This document shows positions 29,571-45,292 of a DNA stretch of 64,000 nt, piece by piece. Source of the stretch: Eledone cirrhosa (taxonomy: Eukaryota); NCBI GenBank assembly GCA_964016885.1, contig OZ024749.1:48732001-48796000 (forward strand). The letters run 5' to 3'. A model generated the notes under the pieces. The model worked only from the letters and a program-made list of their open reading frames with translations, was not told the DNA's origin and made no database searches. The translations under genes were made by a program, and so were the position numbers. Numbering within the stretch: position 1 is the stretch's first letter; the number at the start of each line of letters is the position of its first letter.

Positions 29571-29630
29571 TTAATTTTGTATGTATGTATGTATGTATGT
29601 ATGTATGTATCTATGTATGTATGTATGTAT

Positions 29631-30183
29631 GGGTCGGGTCGTTGGCGACTAAACTGGCAACCCGACCAAGCTTTCTTGGTGAGGAGGGTGACTTTGGACA
29701 TCCTGCAGGACTAAAAACAAAACCTGTCAAAGGGCAAAGGAGCTCTTAAGAGTCAATGGCCATCCAAAATCACCGGGAGAGATGACCCCTTAGCCTTTGT
29801 CAAGGCAGAATTCTAGGAGAAGGAAAACTCTAATATAACACCTGCAACCCTGATGGTATCCAATGATGTTGACTTGTTCTTCTTTTTGGTAAATATCATC
29901 TTGGTTAAGAGAGTGGGACTGCTTTCTGCAGTGCCTTTGCTCACTATAAAAGCTTCACGGCACAGGCATTGCTTTATATCTGGAGATCTCTCTGCATTGG
30001 TCGTCACATGGTACTAAGGGCCCAGCACTATGTGTCAATAATTGTCACAGGTGTAGTGCTTGTACCAGAGTTTTCAGGTCGCTGGCTGGACTAAAAAGTC
30101 ACACTCGTTCAGCGCATCGGTAGGAGTTCTCCTACATGGATATAAAGTATTGGCCGTACTCGAAAACGAGTTGGCAGCCACCA
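29631..30183 (+). mobile_element. Bipartite non-autonomous RTE-derived element (5' UTR fused to the C-terminal zinc finger and 3' UTR), between (TATG)n tracts
   Basis: RTE 5'-UTR-like CTAGGAGAAGGAAAACTCT; C2H2 finger CSACTRVFRSLAGLKSHTRSAH-R* at 30052-30123; 3' stem-loop CTCG-AAAA-CGAG; (ATGT)n tail. Confidence 0.7.
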
Positions 30184-30227
30184 TGTACGTATGTATGTAT
30201 GCATGTATGTATGTATCTATCTATCTA

Positions 30228-30278
<51 letters not shown>

Positions 30279-30519
30279 TTTATTTCATCATCAACACGTC
30301 TATAAATAAGGGTTTCTTATATCTTTTTTTGGGGGTAGGGTGTATCTTATATAATTCTTCTATAAATAATAATACCAGTTATATGCGCCGTCGATGTAGT
30401 CGGTTTTGCTCTCATCGGAAATTGTGTCCCTGCTCAATTTGACCTAAAACACCATCACATGATTTGAAAATGAGCTTAACAACTCTTCTCTCAACCCCAC
30501 TTTTGGTATAGTTTCTGAA

Positions 30520-31470
30520 TAAATAATATATTTGCTTTTATATGTAACAACGAATTTGGCAATTTTATCGCAGCCTCTACTCATAACTAAATTAATGTTA
30601 GATGCTTTATTAATTCTGCTATATTACCACGTATGCCACTGCAAGAAAGTTTTGTATATGACTTGTATTTCCCTTGAGATATATACTTTCCAAATGTGAG
30701 TTATGTTCGAAGATATGGTTAAGCAGTTTTTCACTTTCGCTTGTTGGACAATTTTCTATTGAAATTTCTGCTATCTTACTACAGTAGTGATTAGTTTAGA
30801 AAATTGTTACTTTTTACATCACACATAGTTAACGTATTCGTATATGCCATCCGAACAAATCAAGAACCAACCATTGTAATAATCTGTTCAGCAGATTCTG
30901 TATAACATATACATATGATGTAGAACCGTGCAAATTCATTTGATATAACTGGTGCCCAATGTGAGATTTATATTTTGAATTTCTTGAATGCTGACCAAAT
31001 AGATATGAACATGTATTTTACTTTTGCAATTTTATCGATAGGGTATAATTATCTGACACTTCCACATGGGCAATGTTTTTCACACACTAACTCTTAGTTT
31101 GAATATTGTTCTCAATAATGTGCTGTTGGTTAAGTATTGCGGTTCAGAATTTTGTTTGCCAAATATGTAAGTCTTGTATCGATCTAACTACTAACACATT
31201 GAGCAACTTCATTCAACCTTATAAAGGTATGTATTGTGATAAGTGCATCAATGTTTCATTAAGTATAACCTCTGCTTGTATGGTGAAGGTACCATGACCA
31301 TTGTCCTAGTCATTCTTTTACACGGCTCCGATAGCAACACTATATACCACGTCTCTTTAATTTCGTTTGGGTCAGAGGTGATATTTGCTGAGATACCAGA
31401 TGAACTGTACTTTCCTTGGTCATATCTAACAATACACATTTCTTATATATACTCATATACTCATTTGTGA
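30520..31470 (+). pseudogene. Decayed single-exon class-A GPCR relic, near full length
   Basis: Ordered motifs across frameshifts: FGNFIA (TM1, 30555), TCISLEIYTF..MFED (TM2), FSIEISAILL/VVISLE (TM3), DITGAQCEI (ECL2 Cys), ILFSIMCC (TM5), SITSACMVKVP/TIVLVILL (TM6), ELYF..YIYS (TM7). Spans about 950 bp. Confidence 0.45.
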
Positions 31471-31502
31471 GTTCCAACAGTCTTGTTAGGGTAATGCAGG
31501 GT

Positions 31503-31549
<47 letters not shown>

Positions 31550-31685
31550 GACCAGATGTTGACCTCGGATGTGAATTAATAAATCCTGGAACAGACAATG
31601 AGTAATGTATCTCCTATTTATTGTTATCAAAATACCCTTATTCTTATATATCCAGTCACAGGTGTCTACAGCTTTATACATATAC

Positions 31686-31743
<58 letters not shown>

Positions 31744-32231
31744 GTACGCGTGTGTGTGTGTATGTAGATATATACATATGCATATATATATACATATAAA
31801 TGTATATATATATATATGAAGAGTGGGATGCGGTAGAGGAGGCATTTTGAAAGACATCTCAAATACATGAAATACAGTAAAACCTGCTTGAGACAGGTTC
31901 ATTATTGTATAAAATTGATACGCTTATCTTGTCCTTCCATTATTTTCGTACAGCATTATATTAGACACGTTTATTTCCGCTTGTCAAAATATGAACAAAA
32001 ATAGAAAAGAAAATTTATTTTAATATACCAACTTTTCAACGATCGATCATTTATAGTCTATAATTGACTCAAGAAGTTATGTTCAAATTAGAAGCCTAAT
32101 CTATATGTTCGTATCTATCAAGAGATTTGAAACGAGAATATTCTGGTGTAATCTACAAAATGTTTGAAATGTGAAATCATACCCCCCCCCTCTCTATCTC
32201 TCTCTTTATTTCTCTCTCTCTCTCTCTCCCC

Positions 32232-32335
<104 letters not shown>

Positions 32336-32839
32336 TGCGCTCGCTTTCTTACTGTCGTTGTTCACATATGCACACAGACATAAAAATACGCACACAGACA
32401 CAAACACACATATACTCACAAATACACACACGCACGCACGCATATTTATATATATATATATTATTTTTAATCTATACGAAAATAATCCTAAACGTGAGCG
32501 AAATTATTTTGAATTGTGTAGTAATACTATTCATTTTAAAGACGAAACAATTTTCAATGAAGAAGATATGTCAGAGATAACAAATAAATATACAATTACA
32601 AATCTATCTTTCTGTCTATTTATATATATTTACTCTGAATTTCTTTTCTTTATTAACTTTGACATTTTTTATTCAATCGAATCTGTTTGTTCTTTAAATA
32701 CCAAACAAGTCAAACTAATGTCCTTCCTATACACGGATACTGGCGTAAATCTAGACAGCTAAATACATAAATACATAGATAAACATACATACATGTACCC
32801 AAACACACAAATGCACACACACATACACACACACTCACT

Positions 32840-32887
<48 letters not shown>

Positions 32888-33839
32888 AACCTACATTTAT
32901 GAAATACAAAATGCAAACGAAACGAGTATTGGACAATTTAATTTGTGCGAGTGTTTTCAGCAGATCGTAGATAAAGTTAGCTATATGGCAGAATGTTTAC
33001 CTTTGTCAGAAGAAATGCTTTGTGGTATTATTCCGGCTTCTACTTTAAATTTTGTCTAGGTCAAATCTGCAAATCCTCCTTACAATTTCGGAAACAATTT
33101 TCTATAATGGGTAAACAAAGCAGCTCTCTCGAGGGAAATCGGTTTCACGTTTCTTAGTTCTAAGTTCAAATCATCATATGCTTTAACTGGGGTGAAAACT
33201 TAATTCCCTCGTCAGTTTATCTTCAGCTCGCTTTTGGCTAACGTGAGTTTGATAGTGGCTTATCTTTCCATGGTTACACAGTTAATCAGAACAGTGATAT
33301 CACAATTTACATAATGAAAATTATGGACTAAAGAGACATTTGGTACAAACCATTTTTCCGTACACTCTCGAATATTGTAATATATATTTCATATATAACC
33401 GATTTTTATGCTAAACCGACAGCTTTACGCTATAAAAAATGCATATTTTTGAAACAGGTTAGAATATATTTCTCAGATATATATCTGAATAGATAATTTT
33501 TCATTTTGAAAATATTAAGTCTAAAAAAAGAAATTAAAACATTATTTCAAATCAGAAACTGTGTTTTTTTATAAAGTTTGTATGAACAGAAAATGTTTTT
33601 GTTTTTTTCCGAACGGAATATTATGTATAAAATAAAATAAAATCCATACTTTTTTATTGGCGGTGTATGACGGCTAATTTCACATATGATTTATGTTTGA
33701 ACAGCTAGCAATTTATTTCCTAATAATATGTGTATTCATTTGCGATCATTGCGTAATCCTGATTTGAACTATCAATACTAATGTATTGATTTTAGGCGTT
33801 GGATGTAGCTAAATAATGGATTATATCAAGGATTAATTG

Positions 33840-34210
33840 ATTGATTGTGATTCCTCCGACACTATAAGTGTATCGTTGACACAATATTTAAACATAGTAG
33901 ATAGTGTGACATAACTAAATATAGGTTATAAAGCTGTCAAATATATACATAGCTTAACAATTCAACGTGGAAGGGTGAACGATGTCATTCGAATTGGTAA
34001 ATATATCCACAACATTTATTCAATCTAGAACATGTGATGTTTAAAGAAGGAAACACTGGTGGTCATGGGTGATATTATTTTGTGTACTCGACATAGAACG
34101 ATATGTTGATAGGCATCCAGTAATATTTGAACATTTCAGAAACACCTAGATACATTGAATGTATTCTATTAAATTATTACCGATTTGTTGCTCATACTTT
34201 ATATAATAAA
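33840..34210 (+). pseudogene. Decayed class-A GPCR relic (TM1-TM4)
   Basis: One frame with many stops: VIPPTL..KLSNIYIA..MSFELVNI..TC..SWVILFCVLDIERYVDRHPV. ERY is at 34096-34104, followed by HP. Confidence 0.5.
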
Positions 34211-36007
34211 CACTAACGTTGGTGATATATCTTAAAACGTACAGCTTTCAGCAAATTAGAAACAAAGTTCCCGAACGGATAGGTGTAATGTACTAGATAG
34301 ACATCATTCGGTTACTAGTTTAACAAACGGATATAGAATATAACAAATATATATATATATATATACAATGCTAAATTATTGGCACTAATTCAATCACAAC
34401 AATATGAAATCGATTGAATTGTTTATGTGGACATCAACGCTCTTGATTGGTTGCATTTTCAATGTTGTGCCAACAAAAATAGGTATGGATGACATAAAAC
34501 TTAACAATATGTCTCTCAATCATTTGGGCAAATAAACAAAAAAATAACGCAATTTCTTAATAGGCCTATAATAAGCTCTCGTGTATATGTAACTAATTTT
34601 AGGCGTTCTGTATCGGTTGCTCGCTTGTAGATATTTTTATTAGATTAAAATGTAATTCTGTGTCGTAGTTTACATAGAGCTAGTGGTGCTATGGCTATAT
34701 AAGATCAATCAAACGAAGCAATTAGATATAGAGTTTCCAAGCGAGAAACTGTAAGAGCAGGAAGATTTGGTATTTAAGGAAAATAATAGAAGGAAAAATG
34801 GCGTATGATGCAAATAGTGAAAACGAGTTTTGAATAGCTATACATTGTACTAGCAAATGCTAGCAAATTATAAAAGCTAATTTCCCTTCAAATATTCATC
34901 AATCAAAATAGAGAACAAATGAATCAGAATGAGTGTTGTATAGATATATTTAACACAATTGCTATATCGATATTTCATGTAAATCAGAATATATGTGGAT
35001 TTGTGATAATTATGTGAATAGATTACATTTAATATATGGTTTCATTTCATAGATGTAGATTTCCTGAATCCTTTGAAAGTTTCATTATGTTAGACATAAA
35101 ATGTATTGCAATTTGGATTCTGAAATCTCTTACGCTCTATTCATTCTCCAAATATATACATCGTAATTTATTACTGGCCATCTAAACGAAACCATGTAAT
35201 GTCAAAGGACAAGTATATTAGATCATATTTCTCTTAAAACTGTTAATAAATAAAAAGAAGAAACGTTTTTGTAGTAATGTTAACATTCATTTGAAAATTT
35301 GCACTATGATTTCTTATCTGGTATAAGAAACTACCTTTTCATCTCGCGGAAGGCATTTTATACTAACGGATTTAACCTCATGAGATGACGAACATAATCT
35401 CGACGTTAATTGCTATAGAAATATCCACACGATATTTTGAATGAACTGAGAAGTTTAAGGGACAATATTTATGGTTTGTTTCATAATGTTTCATGGAGAT
35501 AAGCAATGTTTAGCGGTCTATACTGCTTGAGGTTACTCGATTATCTATATTTCATTGGGAATGTTAGATGAGGTTATCATTTATGGATGAATCAAATAGT
35601 GTTAGTATACTTTGATGTAGTAAACGAATATGTTATTGTGCTACAATTCTCAAATTTTAAAGGTATTATCTAAAATAGATATTCACGTTTAATATATTCT
35701 AGCATTTTATCTTATGTGATTTGTTCAGATTAGCAATGATCAACAGTTTTCAATATTTTACGCCTAGAACATGTTCGAATCTTCTACCATATCTGTATGC
35801 AATCAGTAATCTCTAAGACAGCAAGTTTCAGCGTTCTTTCAAGTGGCCCCGAATTTGGTAGTAAATGTATATATTCATAACTTTATTTTCGCTTAAGCAG
35901 TGTTATTGAAAATTTGAGAGTAATATTTCCTAATTTCAGATTCATCTCAATTCATCGACCAGTATATTTCAATAAAGAAGAAAGAAAGTGTATCAATTGT
36001 ATGTATA

Positions 36008-36039
<32 letters not shown>

Positions 36040-36155
36040 CAAAATGAAGATAAATCAAATGAATTTAATCTAAATCAAGTTACCTACCTAGCTATGTGTG
36101 GTTAGACACTTGTAAAAAGTATGTCCTGTTCACTTATATATTAGTCAATTTCTAG

Positions 36156-36536
<381 letters not shown>

Positions 36537-36677
36537 TAAGATAACAGATTAAAGTTTAAGCAAAGAATCGCTGCTTCGACCCTTAACGGGATCTTCTCTA
36601 CGGTTCTTATATATATGATATATATTTATCCTTATCGAGCCCTCTTTGGATTTTAGTTCTTTCAAATTTATTATTAT

Positions 36678-37110
<433 letters not shown>

Positions 37111-37504
37111 TAGATAGATAGATATATGTGTTTGTGTGTGGTTTGGGGGGTTGTTACTGTGTGTGAATGTACCGAGTTTGCGACGTTGTTTATATTTTCT
37201 TCGTTGAAGAGGTGAACGGTCTAAACTTAAATGGTTTTTCAGGACACATATAATTAGCATAATCTTTAGGTTCTATATTTTTTGTCATAGTGATGTGCTG
37301 CATTACAAGGGGCCACCAATAAATTGATCGGAATAGAAGGCGAATCTATTTTCAAATAAGCACACACAATTACTTGTAAATATTGTCTTGTCTATATCCT
37401 GTGAAAGTATACTCAATTTAAAGTATGCTTAATTGGTTCATAAAACCATCTGCTGAACAAATACAGATACCCAATGACATATATATAAAATATATATATA
37501 TGTT

Positions 37505-37586
<82 letters not shown>

Positions 37587-37587
37587 T

Positions 37588-37947
37588 AATTCCAACTTTG
37601 TCCGATTTACTCGTTTTACTTACAATCCTCTAAAATGTATAATGGTATTAGAATGAAATAGTATGGTAGAATAGTAAAAGTTAAGTATTAATTGAATATG
37701 TACTTTCATGCTTTCGCAATCTTGAGGTTCATATTCTGTGGTGACAGTCAAGTTTGCAATTTTCAACTGTTGAAAATTGCAAACTTGATGTCACCACAGA
37801 ATATGAACCTGAAGATTGCGAAAGCATGAAAATACTTGTTCAATTAACACTCAACATTTAATATTCTGCCATACTATTTCATTCTAATAGCATTATAAAT
37901 GTTAAACGATTGTAAATAAAACGAGTAAATCAGACAAAGTTGAAATT
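37588..37947. repeat. 360 bp imperfect palindrome (180 bp arms, 1 nt spacer at 37768)
   Basis: Arms are about 90% identical by manual alignment and include a degenerate SINE-like head. Confidence 0.93.
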
Positions 37948-38052
37948 CCTTTTAATAATATACTCGTCTATACTCACTCAACCAATTCTAGCGGCTTCCC
38001 GCCTACATTAGTGACCCCCTCTGGCTTCTCAACATTCTCTACCAGATATGTT

Positions 38053-38300
<248 letters not shown>

Positions 38301-38374
38301 TCTATAATGTGAGAGAGCTACAAGAAATAATTAAGCTAGATGATGATCCAATTGTCGCCGAGACTTTGTATATA

Positions 38375-38444
<70 letters not shown>

Positions 38445-38968
38445 TGCATGTGTATTTGTATATACTTTAGAAATACAAGGATTTTCAATTTTAAGTTACA
38501 TGGAATTTCATAATTCAGGAAATAAGATAATATCTCCTGTGTATATCGACAATAGAAATAATGAATTTCCAGAGGACATCTGTTCTCTATTAGTGCTATG
38601 TCCCATTTCTAAAAAAATCTAATCTATACAGAATTCATTGCTCAATAGTGTATGAATGTCCGTATGGCTTCAGAGCGTAATACTAGGGTTTTTTTTTAGG
38701 TGAGAAGTGGAGGAAATTAAATCGAAAATCTAATTTAAAGTTAAAGAAAAGTGACAAATAATATGATACACGTAATATAACAACAAAAGCTGGAGAAGAA
38801 CTGACTGAGTAGTAAGAAAAGCAGGTGTCATTGGACAAACCACATGTTAGAAACTATTAACTGTTCTGTTGAATTCAATAACGAAATAGAAAAGTGAGAG
38901 TGAGAGAGAAAAAAGGGAATGGTGGTAATCATCAATGAAACAGCATTTTTTTTTTTAAATGGTCCCAC

Positions 38969-39137
<169 letters not shown>

Positions 39138-40504
39138 TATATATATATAGATATATATATATAGATATATGTATATATAAATGGAAACAATTAAATTTCA
39201 TTTCTCACTCTTAGTACGGCTGATACTTAAATATAAGTATGTATACGTACATACATATATGTATACATACGTACAGTAGTATGTATATACACATACATGC
39301 CTGTTACACTGCGACCAAAGCTCCCATATTCTCGCAGTCAACTTTTCCTTTCATCATTTCGGAATCAATATATCAAGTATCATCATTGTACTGGAAAATA
39401 AGTCATCCTCTACCTCACTATGCTTATCTAGCTCACTCTAGCTCTTTTTGAAAAGCGGTGGTTGTTTTCAGACTTGAAGTGGGGTGTATGGATTCTGTGG
39501 GGTTTAAATTCATAGGACATCTATCGGATATTAAAACCCTATAGATGGCTAGTTGGCATTAAATAACTTATTTTATATTATGTAAAGTAGATTCTGCTGT
39601 GTGGCTAACAGATTCCTATTTGCAAATAATTGATTACAAGATGTATTCCAAATCATAGTACAGACTTCATAACCTACCCATTTTCACACGACCACCTGGA
39701 CTATATTGGAGCTTATGATATCCACGTGGTTTACCAAGCTAAACGCCAATGGGAATTGGCATGGGTGCATTTTCCCCAATGAATAAAATATGCAACAATA
39801 ATCAAAAATATACAGAAATATTTTCTCTTAGTTTGTTAACACCTAATTTCCCTGAAAGATATATCGCTTTCCAAAATAATTCTATATACAAATTCTTGTG
39901 TTAACACATATATAATCACCGACCCCAAAATGAAGTAAGATCGTTTTGCTGTGTATTTCATCAATGACTATAACAATATTTGTATTATCTGTTCTTAATT
40001 TACTCATATTGAATTAATCTTACTCTTCCAACTCTACAAGAATTAATCTTACTTATCCAATACACATAAATCTTGGCACCCTAATTATTCCAATACAAGC
40101 CTGCAAAAAGCAATATTTAATATGAAAATATCCCAAAGGATAGTGAGATTACAATATAAATATCTAGTGACATATAGGGAATAGTTATTAGAATATTCCT
40201 AATTTGTATTGATTATTCTTACATTTAATGTCTGAAAGTTTAATATGAAGAACCATCAGGCATTATATATTGTATCAAGTAGTATTCATGTAGTGTTGAC
40301 GAAATATGATCTAGTGGTTACAGTGTTAACGAAATATGACTTAGTGGTTAAAGTGTTGAGTGCAAGATCGTCAAAAGGTGAGTTCAATAACTATATCAAG
40401 TATAGCGATGTATGTTAGAGCAACGTAACTATAAAAACCAGCAACAACAGCAGATGTAACTATGATAATATCCAATTTGACGGATATATATTTAACACAC
40501 ACAA

Positions 40505-40622
<118 letters not shown>

Positions 40623-40624
40623 AT

Positions 40625-40827
40625 AGCAAAGAATGTGTGGTAAGATACCAGGTGGACTTTAGCGCACCAGAGTACTCGATACTTAGGGTAGTAGAGTGGG
40701 TAATATGAAAGAAAAGTCTCAAGACCCCGACGGCTAAGCTCCGGCCGTTTCGGCAGCTAGATCCCAACTGATCGGATCTAGGTTCCGAAGCAGCCGGAGC
40801 CTACCCGCCAGAGTCCTGGCTCATTTC

Positions 40828-40828
<1 letters not shown>
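40625..40828 (-). mobile_element. Longest copy of the (TA)n-embedded Penelope-like family, with a large degenerate type I hammerhead
   Basis: Minus strand: GGACU-CUGGCG-GGUAG[long structured loop]CUGCC-GAAA-CGGC[loop]GCCG-UC-GGGGUC. The CUGANGA core is mutated. Confidence 0.55.
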
Positions 40829-40909
<81 letters not shown>

Positions 40910-41090
40910 CTCTGTGTGTGTGTATATATATACACATGGGCGAGTGTGTGTGTATACATGGGCGTGTGTGCGTGTGTGAGTATATATGTAAGGATTCGTG
41001 TAGTTCGTATCATATGTTTTGTGTACCACGTTCAATAAACATGCCGCCCTTTCCCTTCGATGTCCTAACATTTGTACATCATATCCATTA

Positions 41091-41280
41091 TAGATTGGCA
41101 GTATCGGTAGAGGGATTGACGTCATACTTTGCAGCAAGGAGTTACGGCCCTTCCTTTATGGTCTGAGTTCAAATCCCACCAAGGTTAACTTTGCCTTTCA
41201 TCCTTACGGGGTCGATAAAATAAAGTACCAGTAATGCACTGGGATAATTGCTGGCCTGATGCCAAAAGTAGAAACAATTA
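41091..41280 (+). mobile_element. tRNA-derived SINE
   Basis: Closely similar to the 14965 copy over its full length. Confidence 0.9.
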
Positions 41281-41779
41281 TATATAATGCATGGTTTGTT
41301 ATACTTTGGGGGGCAGTTTCGCCTATTTTGCCACTCTTTACTGAATGAGCGATTCCTTTTCGGTATATCATATGATGTTCCACAAAAACATTGAAATATT
41401 TTTGATGCAGGGCAATACATATCAATCTAGGATATGTAAAGACAGTATATATTCACTAGACTTTTGTACATGATCAATTTTCGTGTTGCCTTAACACGTA
41501 TGTAATGTATAGAATAGAAGAAAATATTAAATGTATATTTAGCCGATGTCATGGGATTAAATTGTCTACGCCTTGTTAAGTCTAAATTATTTTAAAACTT
41601 CCTTCCGTATTTAGAAGTTTACACTCAGAAGGTATAATGTATTTTCATATGCTGTTTACTCCTCTGGGCACATTACTAGTAATGATATATTTTATGTTTG
41701 GTCCTATCGAGAGCTCCCTGGTAAATAAATCAATTACTGCTTTCAAACATTTTCTTTAAACAATTTCTCCTCTTACTTC

Positions 41780-42320
41780 GATATTGGTATTGTTACTGAA
41801 ATAGTTACGGTCATCTACGTTAAAATATTTGTTTTTACACAGATAGATACTAATGCCGCAAGGTAATTCACGTATGATATTATAAAGTTTAACTTACGTA
41901 TACAATACTATTAAATTATTATGTTAATCAAATGATAATATCAGAAGGAAAGTATTGTCAAAAGTTATATTCTTCCACAGTATTATTGTGTGTGCCGACT
42001 TGCCTGAAACAGAGACAATATATGTTTTATACAAATTAAATTACGAACACAAACACTAATAAGCTAATACATACACAAATAGATATATAATAGCCATCTC
42101 ATTATTCCGTTTTCACATACATTTTGTTCAGTTTTACTCCCAGGTGCCGCTGGAGGATGATGTAGAACAAATTGTGATTTAATATATCTAACGTAGCAGT
42201 GAAAACTCACTACTTTCACAAAACAGGTTGACACTATATTTAATGACATTCTTTTTAAGATAATAATGCCACCCACTCTTGGAAGACTCAATTTGTTGCC
42301 CACAGTAAGAGCATAATTTC
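41780..42320 (-). pseudogene. Decayed class-A GPCR relic (peptide-receptor-like)
   Basis: One frame: LTVGNKLSL..IIILKRMSLNIVSTCF (TM1-ICL1-TM2), NVC..RWLLYI..*LISVCVR (TM3), LLTILSF..HLINI (TM4). Then ELPCGISIYLCKN (TM5-like). Confidence 0.45.
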
Positions 42321-43425
42321 AAAATTGTATTAAATTAACATGTTAATCAAATGATTAACATCAACAGATGTAGGCTAATTTATTCATGCATTTACATATA
42401 TTTGCGTGATTTAGACAAAAATCAGGATTATACATGAGGCAAATCATGTTTAGACATACAAAATAAAGCAAACACGCACGCAAACAGGTTTTTTACAAAG
42501 TAACACCAAATATCAGCCGGGGTATATTAATGAATCGAAACAACAGAAATAAGCTTTATTTCCTCTTACGTTTTTCTGTTTTCCTGCTATTCATCCTCTA
42601 GATGCCTGATGAGGTCATAACTATTGCATAACGGTGATCACCTAAATATATATAACAGCGGTTATTGATAAACGAAGTGAAATATAACCTGTTGACTTGT
42701 ACTTCATGATTATATAGATAACACATGACAAAGTCTGTGGCTGATGATTGAAGCATCAATAAAATCAACTTGACTTAAGAGAACCTGAATACTATGTAGG
42801 TGGATGCCAGCCTGCCATGTTTTATACAATATAGAATATTTACTTCTATAGATTATAAAGCCACATTCGGGCAAATTTACATACATATATCATATAACTA
42901 ATTTTAGCGGATAGCATGAATTTCTAAATATCAATTCAGGCAGTGCAATATAATATTTAAAACTATTTGTTACTGATATTGTCATTCGAAAAATTGATTA
43001 ATTTGAAATTATTTCGAAACATATCCTAGGCTGAATATTGTAACGTGAGAACTAGCTTTCAGCTTTATTATCTGTCAGCGTGTAAACAAATATTAAAACT
43101 AAATGTAGGTGTCTCTAATGCTTAACGTCATTTTCCAACCAGTCGAGGTGTTGAAATAAAAGACAAAACAATATGATTTGCAAATAGAAAATAAATATTG
43201 AGAAAATGTTCACAATTTACACCGCCCTGAGAAAAAATTTGAACATATGCGACTATATGTTTGGAATATAATTGCTAAAATTAGACGTTTACATATCATT
43301 GTATTACGTATTGATATGCACCTGAAACTCATACATCCATAAACACATAAATACACGCACACACACAAGCAGATACACACACACAAGCAGATACACACAC
43401 ACACACACACACGCACACACGCACA

Positions 43426-43457
<32 letters not shown>

Positions 43458-43481
43458 TACACACACATACACACACACACA

Positions 43482-43516
<35 letters not shown>

Positions 43517-44968
43517 TTATGTATGTAAATTGTATTTATTTATTCTACCATGTTTATGGATTTGTTCAATGGGTGCAGGGTAACCGAATGACATCCGAGA
43601 ATTATATCCATGTATAAAATTATGTATAGGTATATGAAATCAATTATATTTATTTGAATTTGAATGAGTAAACGAGACTGTTATCGTGTAATATTGAAGT
43701 AGTATTTCAAAAACTTACACTACTATTTTTTAACAATAAATTATGTTATCTCGATTGAAGAAACAATAAAAGGGTTTAACTTCTCATAAGTCATCATCAT
43801 TTTTAGATTACTGAAAAAAAATTACCTATTTTTAAAATTCGCATAGTATTCACATAAATTCACATAAACCTTTTAAACATGAAACATGTTTTATACGTCA
43901 TTTTGTTTTTAACTGCTAACTATAACGAATCTCTGAAGTTTATATCTTTCTAAAACATAATTAACTTTAACGTCCTGTTTATTTATTTTTTAGATAGATG
44001 AGAACACTGATAAACGAGAACTATCAAAGGCATATAACTTGCAAAGAATTACCAGTGTATTACATCGATGCTATCACTCTTGTATAAAATATGCACTATA
44101 GTCTTTATTAATCTTCATAAAATCTGCAGAGTAATGATGTTGGTAATTAAACAGGACATTTTACTATATATTTCTTTCTATTTTAATTTAATACATTTAA
44201 AATTCAAAGCAGTTCATCTGATTTATCATCTTGTCTTCTTATTTTTATCTCATATTTTTAAATAAATTTTCTGATGTATTTGGGACATTTTTTTCTATTT
44301 AAAAGTATGTATATTTATATGCGTTCTGTTTTCTTTCTTTCGATTGGAATTTTACATTACTCTATTATATATTTGGAAGAACATGAGACTCTTGTGAATC
44401 ATGCATGTTAACATGTCAATACTATAAATGTCATATCACTCAAATAAAAAGCCATCTGTCATATTACTTCAAAGAATAGAGTGGACAATTTAAGAAATGG
44501 ACGTTTAGTTATCCGAAGACGCAAACGAATCTGTAAGCCTCCTTAATTAATGAATAAACCCACGATTTGTTTACAAAGTGTACACATAACAGAATAAGAA
44601 AACAAAACAAACGGAGAAATGAAAGTTTCTATCATGTTCCTGTGTTTGCATATTTCCGTATGCGTATATATTTGCAAATGTGTATTTATGAATATGTATG
44701 AAAAGGTGTATGTCGATATGTGTGAGAGCATGTCTGTTTGTGTATATAAGGTTATGTTTAAACTGAAGCAGTAGCCAAAACGGATACAAAGAGAAACAAG
44801 TATTGTAATTGCAGAGAAATGCGCAAGAAATACGTTAATGCAAAATAAACATGAGCGAACACTTTATCTTATAATATACGAACACGTATATAAATTCATA
44901 CATACTCACAAACACGCACATACATACACACACACACACACACATGCACCCCAACACACCCACATACT

Positions 44969-45087
<119 letters not shown>

Positions 45088-45292
45088 GAAATAGAATTGC
45101 TTATGAGGATTCAAAACCCGCAACTTTCGTATGATCGAGGCCAGCGTTCCATCATACGAAATATGCTATAATTGATAATCGTTATGATAGCCTGTGTAAA
45201 GGGTATACACATATATACACACACACGCACAGATATATACATAGACACACATACTAACACAAACACACACATACATATTTATATAATATAAT

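Noticed and set aside
40300-40400. tRNA-like A/B boxes with a 29 bp tandem duplication
   Set aside because: No cloverleaf; better explained as a decayed SINE head. The same applies to the B boxes of the other SINEs, so no tRNA gene is called.
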